From: an uncultured Flavobacteriaceae bacterium
GTDB lineage: Bacteria; Bacteroidota; Bacteroidia; Flavobacteriales; Flavobacteriaceae
Length of the DNA stretch: 64,000 nt
Direction: 5' to 3'
NCBI GenBank assembly: GCA_964385175.1
Contig: CAYLNL010000001.1
Coordinates: 284,593-348,592 of the forward strand
Below are positions 24,951 through 35,412 of the stretch, one piece after another. A program made the translations under genes and the position numbers. Position 1 is the stretch's first letter; every line of letters starts with the position of its first letter. The notes beneath the pieces were generated by a model that saw nothing but the letters and a program-made list of their open reading frames with translations, ran no database searches and was not told where the DNA came from.

Positions 24951-25625
24951 TCAATGTTGGTAACCCGCCTGCAAAATTTTTACATCTGCCAGCAGCTTTT
25001 TCATCGCCTTTTCATCCGTACCATCGTAAAACCCGCGGATGCGGCGCTCTTTGTCCACCAGGATAAAATTTTCGGTGTGGATCATGTCGTATTCATCCCC
25101 ATTGCCATCGTCCTTAACCGCCAGGTACGATTTTCGCGCCAGTTCGTAAATCTGTTTTTTATCGCCGGTAACCAAATTCCACTTGCGGTCGTTCACCCCC
25201 TTCGCGCGCGCGTATTTTTTCAGTTGCGCCACGGAGTCTATCCGGGGCGTTACCGAGTGCGAGAGCAGCATGACCTCCTCATCGTGGAGAATGCGCTGCT
25301 GTATCTTCCGCATGTTGTCCGTCATAACCGGGCAAATGGAAGCGCAGGTGGTGAAGAAAAAATCGGCTATGTAAATTTTGCCCCGGTAATCTTCCTGCGT
25401 AATGGTGTCCCCGTTTTGGTTGAGGAGCGAAAAGTTGGCTATGGTGTGGTATTTCCGCACATACTGGACGGCGGTGTCCACCAATTCTGCATTTACCATG
25501 GCGGGTTGATAGACGGGGAGGGTGGGGGCTGGTTTCAGGGCGCGGTAAAAGAGAGAAATACTAATAATGGAAAGAAAACCAAGGGTTATGGCGAGGTATT
25601 TAAATTGTTTGAAAAAAAGCCACAT
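24951..25625 (-). CDS. SCO1/SenC family copper chaperone (thioredoxin fold)
   Basis: N-terminal TM helix, FFFTTCASICP (CxxxC) and a conserved His in MIHTENFILVD. Confidence 0.9.
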   Translation of the reverse strand: MWLFFKQFKYLAITLGFLSIISISLFYRALKPAPTLPVYQPAMVNAELVDTAVQYVRKYHTIANFSLLNQNGDTITQEDYRGKIYIADFFFTTCASICPVMTDNMRKIQQRILHDEEVMLLSHSVTPRIDSVAQLKKYARAKGVNDRKWNLVTGDKKQIYELARKSYLAVKDDGNGDEYDMIHTENFILVDKERRIRGFYDGTDEKAMKKLLADVKILQAGYQH

Positions 25626-25814
25626 GCTGCCGTTACATAACTATCGTTGCAAAGATAGGGATAAATTGAGGATGAATTTGGAATTATGAATTGATAATTC
25701 CCAGGGGTCTTTGCAGTTAGTAGAGAAAATAGAGAATAGAATAACGAAAAGGGGGTAGCCAAAAACTACAGCGGGTGCACAAAATAGCCGTTTTTTTAAC
25801 TCTTCTTAGGTAAA

Positions 25815-28650
25815 TTAATGGGCTTCCAGCCAGTTGTCGCCTGTATTTATATCTACTTCCAGGGGAACGGTGAGTGTATAGGCTTGTTCCATTTCGGTTT
25901 TTATGAGGGGTTTCACGCGTTCCAGTTCGGGTTTATAAACTTCAAATACCAGTTCGTCGTGCACTTGCAGGAGCATTTTGGTTTTAAAACGGGCTTCTTT
26001 TAGTTTTTGGTGAATGCGAATCATGGCTATTTTAATAATGTCTGCGGCGCTTCCCTGGATGGGGGCATTAACGGCGTTGCGCTCGGCAGCGCCGCGCACT
26101 ACCTGGTTGCGGGAGTGAATATCTGGCAGGTAGCGTCTTCTGCCTAAAATAGTTTCTACGTAGCCTTGCTGCTGGGCTAATTGAATTTGGCGGTTTATGT
26201 ATGCCCGTAGCTGGGGATAGGTAGCATAGTAGGCATCTATAAGCGCTTTGGCTTCGCTGCGGGAGAGGGTGGTTTGGTTGCTTAACCCAAATGCGGAAAC
26301 GCCGTAGATGATTCCAAAATTCACCGTTTTGGCATTGCTGCGCTGCTCGCGGGTTACCTCTTCAAGGGGCACATTAAATACCTTGGAGGCGGTGGAGACG
26401 TGAATGTCTTCTCCTTCGCGGAAAGCGCGTATCATGTTTTCTTCACCGCTAAGTGCGGCAATAATGCGGAGTTCTATCTGGGAATAATCGGCAGATAGCA
26501 ATACATACTCAGGGCTTGCGGCTACAAATGCTTTTCGCACTTCGCGCCCGCGTAGTGTGCGTATGGGGATGTTTTGCAAGTTGGGGTCGTTGCTGCTTAA
26601 ACGGCCGGTAGAAGCTACGGCCTGGCTATAAATGGTGTGTACCCGCCCGGTTCTGGGGTTTATTTCGGCGGGAAGGGCTTCTATATAGGTGCTTTGTAGT
26701 TTTTGCAACTGGCGCCATTCTAAAATATCGGCTATAATTTTGTGGTCTTTGGCAAGGGTAGCGAGCACGTCTTCTGAGGTGGCATATTGGCCTGTTTTTG
26801 TTTTTTTAGGCTGGCTAACCAGTTTCAATTTATTGAAAAGAATGGGTCCCAGCTGCTTGGGTGAAGCGAGGTTAAATTCTTCGCCTGCCTGTTCATAGAT
26901 TTGCTGTTCTAATTTTCGGCTATCTTTTGTTAGTTCTTTAGAGAGCGATTTCAGGAATGGTACATCTACTTTAATACCTGCAATTTCCATATCGGCTAAT
27001 ACCTGTAGCAACGGCATTTCTATCTCTTCAAAGAGTTTCCGGGCGTTGTATCGGGTTAGTTCGGGTTCAAAATGTTTTTTAAGCTGGAGTGTAATATCGG
27101 CATCTTCTACGGCGTATTCGGTTTGGAGAGCGGTGTCAACCTCGCGCATAGAGCGTTGGGTTTTGCCTTTCTTCCCGATAAGGGTTTCTATGGAAATAGG
27201 CTGGTAGTTGAGGTATGTTTCTGCTAATAAATCCATATTGTGGCGCATGTCTGCATGGAGAAGATAGTGGGCTATCATCGTATCAAAGAGAGGGCCTTTT
27301 ACCGGTATAGAATAGTTGGAAAGCACCTTGATGTCATATTTTAGATTATGACCTATCTTTTGGATGGATTCGGCTTCAAAAAAAGGACGGAATTCATCGA
27401 GAATTTGTTGGGTTTCGGGCTGGTCTTTAGGAAATACTACATAATACCCTTTGCCTACTTCCCAGGAAAAGGCAATACCCACCAGTTCTGCTTCGAGGCT
27501 TTTGATGCTGGTAGTTTCCGTATCAAAACACACGCTGGGCTGCTGTAGTAATTTTTGCAGGAGTAGTTTGCGGCTCAATGGGGTTTGTATGTATTGGTAT
27601 AAATGGGGAATGCTTTTACTGGTTTTGTGAGAGGTAGCGGGTTCCGGGGGAGGGGCATTTTCTACCACCTGGCTGAAAAGGGTGAACTGAACGGGTTGTT
27701 CCTGGCTGGTTGCAGGGGGTGTGGGTTGCACCGCCCCGGGAGAAGAGGGGGGGGGGTAAGGTTTGAAACTGGAAGGTTTTGAGAAAATTTTCTAAGAGTT
27801 GCCGGAATTCTAATTCGTGAAAAATTTCTTTTACTTTTTCTATGTCGGGAGAGTTCAATTCAAAATCTTCTTCGTGGAATTCCACGGGCACATCGAGCAT
27901 AATTTTTGCTAATTTCTTGGAAAGCTTTCCTTTTTCGGCATTGTTTTCAATATTTTCCCGTAGTTTACCAGCCAGCTTGTCGGTATTTGCCAGGAGGTTT
28001 TCCATACTGCCAAAATCTTGGATAAGTTTTTTTGCGGTTTTTTCGCCTACTCCCGGGAAGCCGGGAATGTTGTCAATAGCATCGCCCATCATTCCTAATA
28101 AATCTACCACCTGTTCGGGTTTTTCCACTTCAAATTTTTCCTGCACTTCTTTAACGCCCCATACTTCTACTCCATTGCCCATTTTAGAGGGGCGATACAT
28201 AAAAATTCGGTCAGATACTAACTGGGCAAAGTCTTTATCGGGCGTTACCATATAAGTGAGGTACCCTTGTTTTTCGGCTTGTTTTGCCAGTGTGCCAATA
28301 ATGTCGTCTGCCTCGTAGCCAGCTTTCTCCAGTACGGGGATGTGCATGGCCTGCAATATATTTTTAATGTAGGGAACGGCTATAGAAATGGCTTCGGGTG
28401 TTTCGTCCCGGTTGGCTTTGTAGTTGGGAAACAATGCCAGGCGCATTTCGCTGCCACCCCTATCAAAAGCCACCGCCAGGTGGTCTGGTTTTTCACTTTT
28501 TATTACGTCTAACAGGGAATTCATAAAACCCATAATAGCAGAAGTGTTTATTCCCTTGGAGTTGATGCGCGGGTTTTTGATGAAGGCATAATACCCCCTG
28601 AAAATGAGTGCATAGGCATCTAAGAGGAAAAGGCGTTTAGGGGTTGTCAT
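25815..28650 (-). pseudogene. polA: DNA polymerase I, reading frame broken at a C10 homopolymer (G10 on the + strand, 27747-27756)
   Basis: ORF 27616..28650 is the 5'-3' exonuclease domain and ORF 25815..27731 holds the 3'-5' exo-like and polymerase domains. Removing one C from the run joins ..FQTLPPP to SSPGAVQPTPPATSQEQ.. in frame. Confidence 0.9.
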
Positions 28651-28770
28651 AGTAGGTAGGTTTTAAGGGTGAAACATACGGCGTAGATGGCGGCATAAGA
28701 TAATTGGTAAAGTACGTGTTTTTTCCAGTATTTAATTTTTCTCATTATTTTTCAATCACCTCAGGAGATG

Positions 28771-29121
28771 TTAAAATTCGTTTTTTAGCATTTCCAAAAT
28801 TACCAATTTTAATCCCTGTAAATCGTTTTCTATGATTTTTTACACGGCGGTTGGCTGTATGTTAAAATACTCATGGGCAATAAGATTGAAAAAGGAACAG
28901 ACTTTATGCCACGGATATTCATAGTTAGACAAAATATTTCGTTCTACGTGATGCACCGCTTCGCTGATACTTGAAAATTGAAATAATACGGCATTATTCA
29001 ACATATCATTCTCACAAAATAGAGTAGCCGTTTGGAGGTAAACATACTCTTCAATATCACGAATAGCTTTCAGTATATGCTCCAGCCTGATTTTATTTTC
29101 CAGCAACTCATTTTTTTTCAT
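28771..29121 (-). pseudogene. Decayed HepT-like (DUF86) gene with an in-frame TAA at 28840-28842 and a lost Rx4H arginine
   Basis: ..FFNLIAHEYFNIQPTAV-stop-KIIENDLQGLKLVILEMLKNEF. The stop sits where the HepT at 7279 has its conserved Trp. The full ancestral frame is 116 codons, the same as that HepT. Confidence 0.7.
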
Positions 29122-29704
29122 ACACCAACTTCAAATCTGGTCTCATACTCTCTAATATATGAGGTTTAAAGGCATCTATAAAGCCTATATCTACTTTTCT
29201 TTTCAATACCTGTTCGGCTCTGTATTGAACCTCGGCGAGGTCAAAATAGCTAAACGTCTGGTCTGTTTTTAGAGCTACATCAATATCGCTTCTTGGGCCA
29301 TCGTCTTTACGGGCGAAAGAGCCATATATCCATGCCTTTTCAATGGCGGTGAAGGCGCTTAAAACTATTTTTAGCTTCCGAATCAACTCTTTTCTGTCTA
29401 TTTTCAAAGAAGACTGGTACATTACCTGTTCTTCGGCTACCTGTAGAGCTTTTAGCGCCAGTGCATCATCGCCTATTTCGTAAAGCACTTTATCGCTTAG
29501 GTATAGCACCAGCAGCTCCTCGGGGTTATATTCGTATAGGGTTGCCAGTTTTTTCACAATTTCCCGGTTCAATCGTCTTTCGCCCCGTTCCATTTTGCTC
29601 AAAACAGCCACATCTACTTCTATAACGGCGGCTACCTTGCGTAATGGCAGTTTCTTTTCTAATCTCAGTTTCCGGAGCTTTTCTCCAATAGATTGGGGTA
29701 GCAT
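29108..29704 (-). CDS. XRE-HTH fused to an MNT-type nucleotidyltransferase
   Basis: IGEKLRKLRLEKKLPLRKVAAVIEVDVAVLSKMERGER (HTH) and AWIYGSFARKDDGPRSDIDVAL (NTase). I take the ATG at 29704; a TTG at 29728 is also possible. Confidence 0.8.
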   Translation of the reverse strand: MLPQSIGEKLRKLRLEKKLPLRKVAAVIEVDVAVLSKMERGERRLNREIVKKLATLYEYNPEELLVLYLSDKVLYEIGDDALALKALQVAEEQVMYQSSLKIDRKELIRKLKIVLSAFTAIEKAWIYGSFARKDDGPRSDIDVALKTDQTFSYFDLAEVQYRAEQVLKRKVDIGFIDAFKPHILESMRPDLKLVYEKK

Positions 29705-29922
29705 TTTGCTGTTGACAATTTTTGTCAAAGGTACTATTTTGTATTTGATTTTTCATCTTTTTTCTATTTTTTGTTATGCTCGAGAGATAAAATGGAAAAT
29801 CGGTTACCGTTAAGGCTGGCGAAGGTATTTGGGTATGCCTAAAAAGAAAAGATGTTAATTTTTGTTTAAATAGCTAATAAACAGGCTGAAACGCTTATTT
29901 TTGCTGTTATAGAGATTCAAGG

Positions 29923-31152
29923 ATGCGCTGGCTTATTTTTTTACTTATTTATCTTGTTATTGATGGGTATGCTTTTCAGGCAGTGCGAACTCTTACCAAA
30001 AATCGTTGGCTACACTATGCCCACCTTGCCATTTCTGTTTTAGTAGTGGGGAATTTTATATATCAGTTTATGGCGCCGGGCGATGGAGGTAAAGTTCTAA
30101 ACCCTGCCAGAAGCTATGCTTTTGGATTTTTGCTCACTCTTTTGTCATTAAAACTGGCCGTTTTGCCATTCCTGTTCGGAGAAGACATCGTGCGCTTAGG
30201 CGCTGCTTTATACAACCGGTTGTTTGGTGCGCGGGAAGCCTTTCATTTGCCTTCTCGCCGAAAATTTATAAGCCAGGTGGCATTGGGTGTTGCTGCGCTT
30301 CCCTTCGCTTCGCTGCTGTATGGTATGTATAAGGGAAAGTATGATTTTAGGGTGCTGCGCTACACGCTGGAGTTTGAAGATTTGCCGGCTTCTTTTGATG
30401 GCTACCGCATTACGCAGGTATCAGATATTCATAGTGGTAGCTTTGACAATCGGGATAAAATTGAATATGCGGTAGATTTGATTAATGAACAAGGTAGTGA
30501 TGTTATTCTTTTTACAGGCGATATGATAAATAACCGGGCGGAAGAGATGATACCCTGGGTAGAAACATTCTCTCGCCTGAAAGCTAAAGACGGTAAATTT
30601 TCTGTGCTGGGAAATCACGATTATGGCGATTATGTGGATTGGGAAAACGAGGAGGCTAAAGCGGCTAATCTGGCACAATTAAAAGCCATTCAAAAACGAC
30701 TGGGATTTCATCTTTTGCTCAATGAAAGCCACTATCTTGAAAAAAATGGGGAGCGAATAGCTCTTGTTGGAGTAGAAAACTGGGGTGCTGGCAGGTTTAA
30801 AAAGGCGGGCGACCTTACAAAAGCTGCTTCCGGCATTCACAGCGCCGATTTTAAAATCCTGATGAGCCATGACCCTACTCACTGGGAACACAAAGTTATT
30901 CAAGCGCCGTATCATTATCACCTCACTCTCAGCGGGCATACGCACGGGATGCAATTTGGCATTGAAATTCCGGGCTGGGTAAAGTGGAGCCCCATAGAAT
31001 TTAAGTATAAATACTGGGCAGGGTTGTACCAGGAAGCAGGACGATATATAAATGTGAACAGAGGGTTTGGATTTTTAGCCTTCCCTGGCAGAGTAGGGAT
31101 TTGGCCCGAAATTACTGTTATTGAATTAAAAAAATCGGCAAAACTCGCCTAA
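29923..31152 (+). CDS. Membrane-anchored metallophosphoesterase
   Basis: N-terminal TM helices, then the motifs SDIHSG, GDMINN, GNHDY and GHTHG. Confidence 0.9.
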   Translation: MRWLIFLLIYLVIDGYAFQAVRTLTKNRWLHYAHLAISVLVVGNFIYQFMAPGDGGKVLNPARSYAFGFLLTLLSLKLAVLPFLFGEDIVRLGAALYNRLFGAREAFHLPSRRKFISQVALGVAALPFASLLYGMYKGKYDFRVLRYTLEFEDLPASFDGYRITQVSDIHSGSFDNRDKIEYAVDLINEQGSDVILFTGDMINNRAEEMIPWVETFSRLKAKDGKFSVLGNHDYGDYVDWENEEAKAANLAQLKAIQKRLGFHLLLNESHYLEKNGERIALVGVENWGAGRFKKAGDLTKAASGIHSADFKILMSHDPTHWEHKVIQAPYHYHLTLSGHTHGMQFGIEIPGWVKWSPIEFKYKYWAGLYQEAGRYINVNRGFGFLAFPGRVGIWPEITVIELKKSAKLA

Positions 31153-31203
31153 TTCATATAAAATACTACATTTGTACTACCAAGAGAGCCAAAATCTAAA
31201 AAA

Positions 31204-31503
31204 ATGTCAAAGTTTGGTGAATTAATTGACACCGGTGCCCCTGTTTTATTGTGCTTTTATGCCGACTGGAACGACCCTTCTGCCACCATGCACCCTATTT
31301 TGAGGGATGTGGCAGCCGCAATGGGCGATAGGGCTAAAGTGATTAAAATTGATGTGGAAAAAAATAAAGAACTGGCGGAAGCCCTGCGGATAAAAGGATT
31401 GCCAACGCTAACTATATATAAAGACGGTGAAATGGTGTGGCGGCAAAGCGGTGAGCAAGATGCTAATACCCTTATAGGGCTACTCAGGGAATATCTTCCA
31501 TAG
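31204..31503 (+). CDS. Thioredoxin-fold protein lacking the CxxC active site
   Basis: Thioredoxin-like length and layout (cis-Pro context GLPTLTIY), but the active-site position reads WNDPS instead of WCGPC. Confidence 0.75.
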   Translation: MSKFGELIDTGAPVLLCFYADWNDPSATMHPILRDVAAAMGDRAKVIKIDVEKNKELAEALRIKGLPTLTIYKDGEMVWRQSGEQDANTLIGLLREYLP

Positions 31504-31522
31504 CAGGCATCAATACCCCTCC

Positions 31523-32167
31523 ATGAAAAAGAGAATTTTTGTAACCGGCATATCAACCGGTGTAGGCAAAACCATAGCGGCTGCTATTCTTGCAGAAGCG
31601 CTCGAAGCCGATTACTGGAAGCCCATTCAGACAGGCGACTTGGAGCAATCAGATGCACACACCATACAGAAATTAATATCCAACTCTAAAACAATTATTC
31701 ACCCCAGCCAGTATATCTTGCGAACCCCTATGAGCCCCCATGCCGCCGCATATATAGAAGGGGTAACTATAAACCTGGAGAAAATAAAAGAGCCAGTTAC
31801 CAGCAATCACCTTATAATAGAAGGCGCCGGGGGTGTATTGGTTCCGTTAAATGATACCCATACCATAGCAAACCTCATACAACCCCACTACAAAGTAGTG
31901 GTAGTATCTCGTCATTATTTAGGCAGCATAAATCACACACTTCTCACGACCCAGTTTTTAAAAACCAGGGAATTAAATATAGCTCTTATCTTCAATGGCA
32001 GCGACCCTGCCAGTTATTCATCTCAAAGTACAGAAGATATCATTACCCATATCACAGGCATCTCTGTAATGGGGCGGGTAGAGAATGAGCCTTACTGGGA
32101 TAAAACTGTTGTAAGAGAATATGCCGCCCTGTTTAGAGAAGAGTTACTAAAGACCGAAACTATATAA
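31523..32167 (+). CDS. bioD: Dethiobiotin synthase
   Basis: FVTGISTGVGKT P-loop, EGAGG motif, and adjacency to bioA. Confidence 0.9.
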   Translation: MKKRIFVTGISTGVGKTIAAAILAEALEADYWKPIQTGDLEQSDAHTIQKLISNSKTIIHPSQYILRTPMSPHAAAYIEGVTINLEKIKEPVTSNHLIIEGAGGVLVPLNDTHTIANLIQPHYKVVVVSRHYLGSINHTLLTTQFLKTRELNIALIFNGSDPASYSSQSTEDIITHITGISVMGRVENEPYWDKTVVREYAALFREELLKTETI

Positions 32168-32204
32168 CTATGTTGAACTTGTTTGAGGCGCTGAATACTA
32201 TTCT

Positions 32205-33485
32205 ATGAAATTAACAGAAAGAGACCAAAAACACCTCTGGCACCCGCTTACCCACTATAACAACCATTCCAGCGCCCTGGGGATAGTGAGAGCAAAAGGG
32301 GTTTATTTATATGATGAGGATGGAAACCGGTATATAGATGCCATAGCCTCCTGGTACACTGCTATGTATGGGCATTGCCATTCTTATATTACTAAAAAGG
32401 TAGCGAGCCAAATGCGGGCGCTTGACCAGGTGGTATTTGCAGGATTTACCCATGAGCCCGCCATTCAACTGTCAGAAAACCTTATAAAAATACTACCCCC
32501 TAACCAGCAAAAACTATTTTTTTCTGATAATGGCTCCACAGCTGTAGAAGTAGCTCTTAAAATGGCGTTCCAATACCACCTCAACCGGGGCGAGAAACGC
32601 AATACCCTTATTGCTTTTGAAGAAGGATTTCACGGAGATACCTTTGGCGCCATGTCTGTTTCTGGGTTATCTGTTTATAACCATCCCTTTGAAGATTTTT
32701 TCCTGCACGTCATCCGCATACCCACCCCTAAAGGATATAATAACAGGGAGGTGTTAGCCAAATTATATCAAATTATTGATAAAAACCGGGTAGCCGCATT
32801 CATTTATGAACCATTGGTACAAGGCGCTGCCGGCATGAAAATGTATGATGCCCAGGGTTTACAGCAACTTCTGGTTGCCTGCCAGAAACAGGGCGTGCTA
32901 ACCATAGCAGATGAGGTGATGACAGGTTTTGGAAAAACCGGGCGCTATTTTGCATCTGATTACCTGGAGAGTAAACCCGACTTGATGTGCCTGAGCAAAG
33001 CTCTTACTGCCGGCTTGTTGCCAATGGCTATAACCAGTTGCACCCAGACGATTTTCGATGCGTTTTGCGATGAAGATGTTTCAAAAAGTTTCTTTCATGC
33101 CCACACCTACACTGCCAACCCGCTTGCATGTGCAGCCGCTCTTGCAGGAATAGAATTACTACAATCAAAAGCCATTAGCGAAAATCTAAAAAACATTATC
33201 CAACAACACCAGGCTTTTCAAGCCAGCATTCAAAAACACCCTGCTGTAACCAGCGTGCGCCAGTTAGGGGTTATTCTTGCTATAGACCTGCACATAGAAA
33301 CAGAACGTTACGGGAAATTTCGTAACCAACTATTTACATATTTTATGAGTAAGGGTATATTTTTACGCCCTTTAGGCAATACCCTCTATATAGTTCCTCC
33401 CTTTATAAGTTCCCGAAAACACCTTCAAAAAATTTATAATGCCATAGAAACCATATTAGAAAAAATATATAATTTCGAACCTTAA
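32205..33485 (+). CDS. bioA: Adenosylmethionine-8-amino-7-oxononanoate aminotransferase
   Basis: Class III aminotransferase features (HLWHP, FFSDNGSTAVE, DEVMTGFGKTG, CLSKALTAG). Confidence 0.9.
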   Translation: MKLTERDQKHLWHPLTHYNNHSSALGIVRAKGVYLYDEDGNRYIDAIASWYTAMYGHCHSYITKKVASQMRALDQVVFAGFTHEPAIQLSENLIKILPPNQQKLFFSDNGSTAVEVALKMAFQYHLNRGEKRNTLIAFEEGFHGDTFGAMSVSGLSVYNHPFEDFFLHVIRIPTPKGYNNREVLAKLYQIIDKNRVAAFIYEPLVQGAAGMKMYDAQGLQQLLVACQKQGVLTIADEVMTGFGKTGRYFASDYLESKPDLMCLSKALTAGLLPMAITSCTQTIFDAFCDEDVSKSFFHAHTYTANPLACAAALAGIELLQSKAISENLKNIIQQHQAFQASIQKHPAVTSVRQLGVILAIDLHIETERYGKFRNQLFTYFMSKGIFLRPLGNTLYIVPPFISSRKHLQKIYNAIETILEKIYNFEP

Positions 33486-33498
33486 TTTTATACATAAC

Positions 33499-34089
33499 AT
33501 GATTCACCCTCATACCAGGCTACAATTTATCTCCGATGAAATAGGTTACGGCGTTGTTGCCACTAAATTTATTCCCAAAGGCACTATTACGTGGGCACAA
33601 GATAGTTTTGATAAGATATTTACCGATGAAGAAGTAGCTGACATGGCGTCGGTTTATAAAAACATTATAGATGTGTATGCCTTTAAGAATAGTCGTGGCG
33701 AATATATATTGTGTTGGGACACAGCCAAATATGTAAACCATAGTTTTAAAAGTAATTGCCTTACTACTCCCTATGATTTTGAAATAGCTGTGAAGGATAT
33801 TTATCCCGGCGACCAGCTAACAGATGATTATGGCTATCTCAATATTTCTCACCCCTTTCGGGCTGCCGATGAAGGCACCAAACGCAAAACCGTTTATCCA
33901 GATGACCTCCTGAGATATCACCCTGTTTGGGATAAAGCTATTTCTAAAACCTTCCCGCTTATTTTAAAACTACATCAACCCCTGTTAGATGTATTGCCAC
34001 CCGCTACCCTTAAAAAAGTAACCAATATTATAGAGGGGAAAGAAACCTTAGATTCAATTCTTGCATGCTATTACCATCCCAATGAGTAA
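33499..34089 (+). CDS. SET domain protein
   Basis: GYGVVATKFIPKGT.., YVNHSFKSNC and DQLTDDYG are typical SET core motifs. Confidence 0.7.
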   Translation: MIHPHTRLQFISDEIGYGVVATKFIPKGTITWAQDSFDKIFTDEEVADMASVYKNIIDVYAFKNSRGEYILCWDTAKYVNHSFKSNCLTTPYDFEIAVKDIYPGDQLTDDYGYLNISHPFRAADEGTKRKTVYPDDLLRYHPVWDKAISKTFPLILKLHQPLLDVLPPATLKKVTNIIEGKETLDSILACYYHPNE

Positions 34090-34140
34090 CTTCCCGGGCG
34101 CTCTCTCCTTAAAAACACCTATTTTCGCCCTGCTGCAAGT

Positions 34141-35301
34141 ATGTTAACAATACCTATTTCCATAACCGCTCTAAGCTCCCTGTCTCCTTTAGGAGACCAC
34201 CCGCAGGAAGTGTGGAGCAACTATTGTAATAACCATCATTTTATTAAAGAAATACCCATTAAAAACCACCCTACTTTTGCAGCCACTCTTTCCCAAAACC
34301 AGCTACAGGCAATAGAAGCTATGAAATCTGCCCAGCCTAAATATAAACCCTTAGACCCATCGGTTCTCTATGCCCTGTATGTATCCCGAAAAGCTGTAAA
34401 GTTAGCAGGTTGGACAAAAAAAGACTCTTTTGGTATAAACATAGGCTCTTCGCGCGGAGCTACCACCCTTTTTGAAGCTCACCACGAAGCCTTTTTGAAA
34501 AACGGCAAAACAGAACCCTTAGCTTCTCCCACCACTACATTGGGCAATATCTCCAGTTGGGTAGCCCATGATTTGCAGCAAGAAGGGCCCGAAAGCTCCC
34601 ATTCTATTACCTGCACTACCTCCCTGCATGCCCTTCTCAATGGCGCTGCCTGGTTGCAAGCCGGCTGGGCAGATAAATTTTTAGTAGGCGGTAGCGAAGC
34701 ACCTCTTACACCTTTCACCATAGCCCAGATGCAGGCTTTAAAAATTTATGCAAAAACAAAAAACCACTACCCATGTCGGGCTCTCGACATAGAAAAGACA
34801 GCTAATACTATGGTATTGGGTGAGGGAGCGGCGGTAGCCTGTTTAGAAAAAGGACGTTCCCCGCACGCACTTGCAAAACTCGAAGGGGTAGGTTATGCTA
34901 CCGAAACGCTGCAACACAATGCCTCGCTTTCTGCCAATGGCGAATGCTTGCAAAAAGCCATGAGAATGGCCTTGCAACAAACCCCTTTGGCACAAGTAGA
35001 TGCGGTGGTGCTACACGCCCCCGGCACCCTCAAAGGCGATGCCGCCGAAGTAGATGCCATTCGGCAGGTATTTGGCGAACAGCTACCGGTGCTCACTACC
35101 AACAAATGGAAAATAGGGCATACCCTGGGGGCTTCAGGCTTGTTCAGCCTCGAATTGGCGGTTTTAATGCTCCAGCGCCAGCGATTTATCCCCGTTCCCT
35201 TTATTCCGATGCAGGTAGCTCCCGCGAAATTGAATACCATATTAGTAAACGCCGTAGGTTTTGGCGGCAATGCAGTAAGTGTGTTGCTTAGTAAACCTTA
35301 A
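34141..35301 (+). CDS. Beta-ketoacyl-ACP synthase (KAS I/II-like), embedded in the biotin cluster
   Basis: Cys-His-His triad contexts ITCTTSLHAL, VLHAPGTLKGD and KIGHTLGASG. Confidence 0.8.
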   Translation: MLTIPISITALSSLSPLGDHPQEVWSNYCNNHHFIKEIPIKNHPTFAATLSQNQLQAIEAMKSAQPKYKPLDPSVLYALYVSRKAVKLAGWTKKDSFGINIGSSRGATTLFEAHHEAFLKNGKTEPLASPTTTLGNISSWVAHDLQQEGPESSHSITCTTSLHALLNGAAWLQAGWADKFLVGGSEAPLTPFTIAQMQALKIYAKTKNHYPCRALDIEKTANTMVLGEGAAVACLEKGRSPHALAKLEGVGYATETLQHNASLSANGECLQKAMRMALQQTPLAQVDAVVLHAPGTLKGDAAEVDAIRQVFGEQLPVLTTNKWKIGHTLGASGLFSLELAVLMLQRQRFIPVPFIPMQVAPAKLNTILVNAVGFGGNAVSVLLSKP

Positions 35302-35412
35302 ATTTATATAATTACTTTATAAAGTATAAAAATGCTTTTAACCAATCAAAACAAAATACCCATCCTACAAATACATAAAATGCTGCGGGCATCTTTATCT
35401 CAATTAAAGTCC

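Noticed and set aside
24954-25640. 228-aa + strand ORF mirroring the SCO1 gene almost end to end
   Set aside because: The minus-strand product has the TM helix and the CxxxC SCO1 motif. The + strand translation has no motif I recognise.
27616-27731. Treating the two overlapping polA ORFs as separate, intact genes
   Set aside because: The overlap region translates into plausible linker sequence only when one C is removed from the C10 run. The tail of the upstream ORF (LFSRGGATHTPCNQPG..) looks like out-of-frame read-through.
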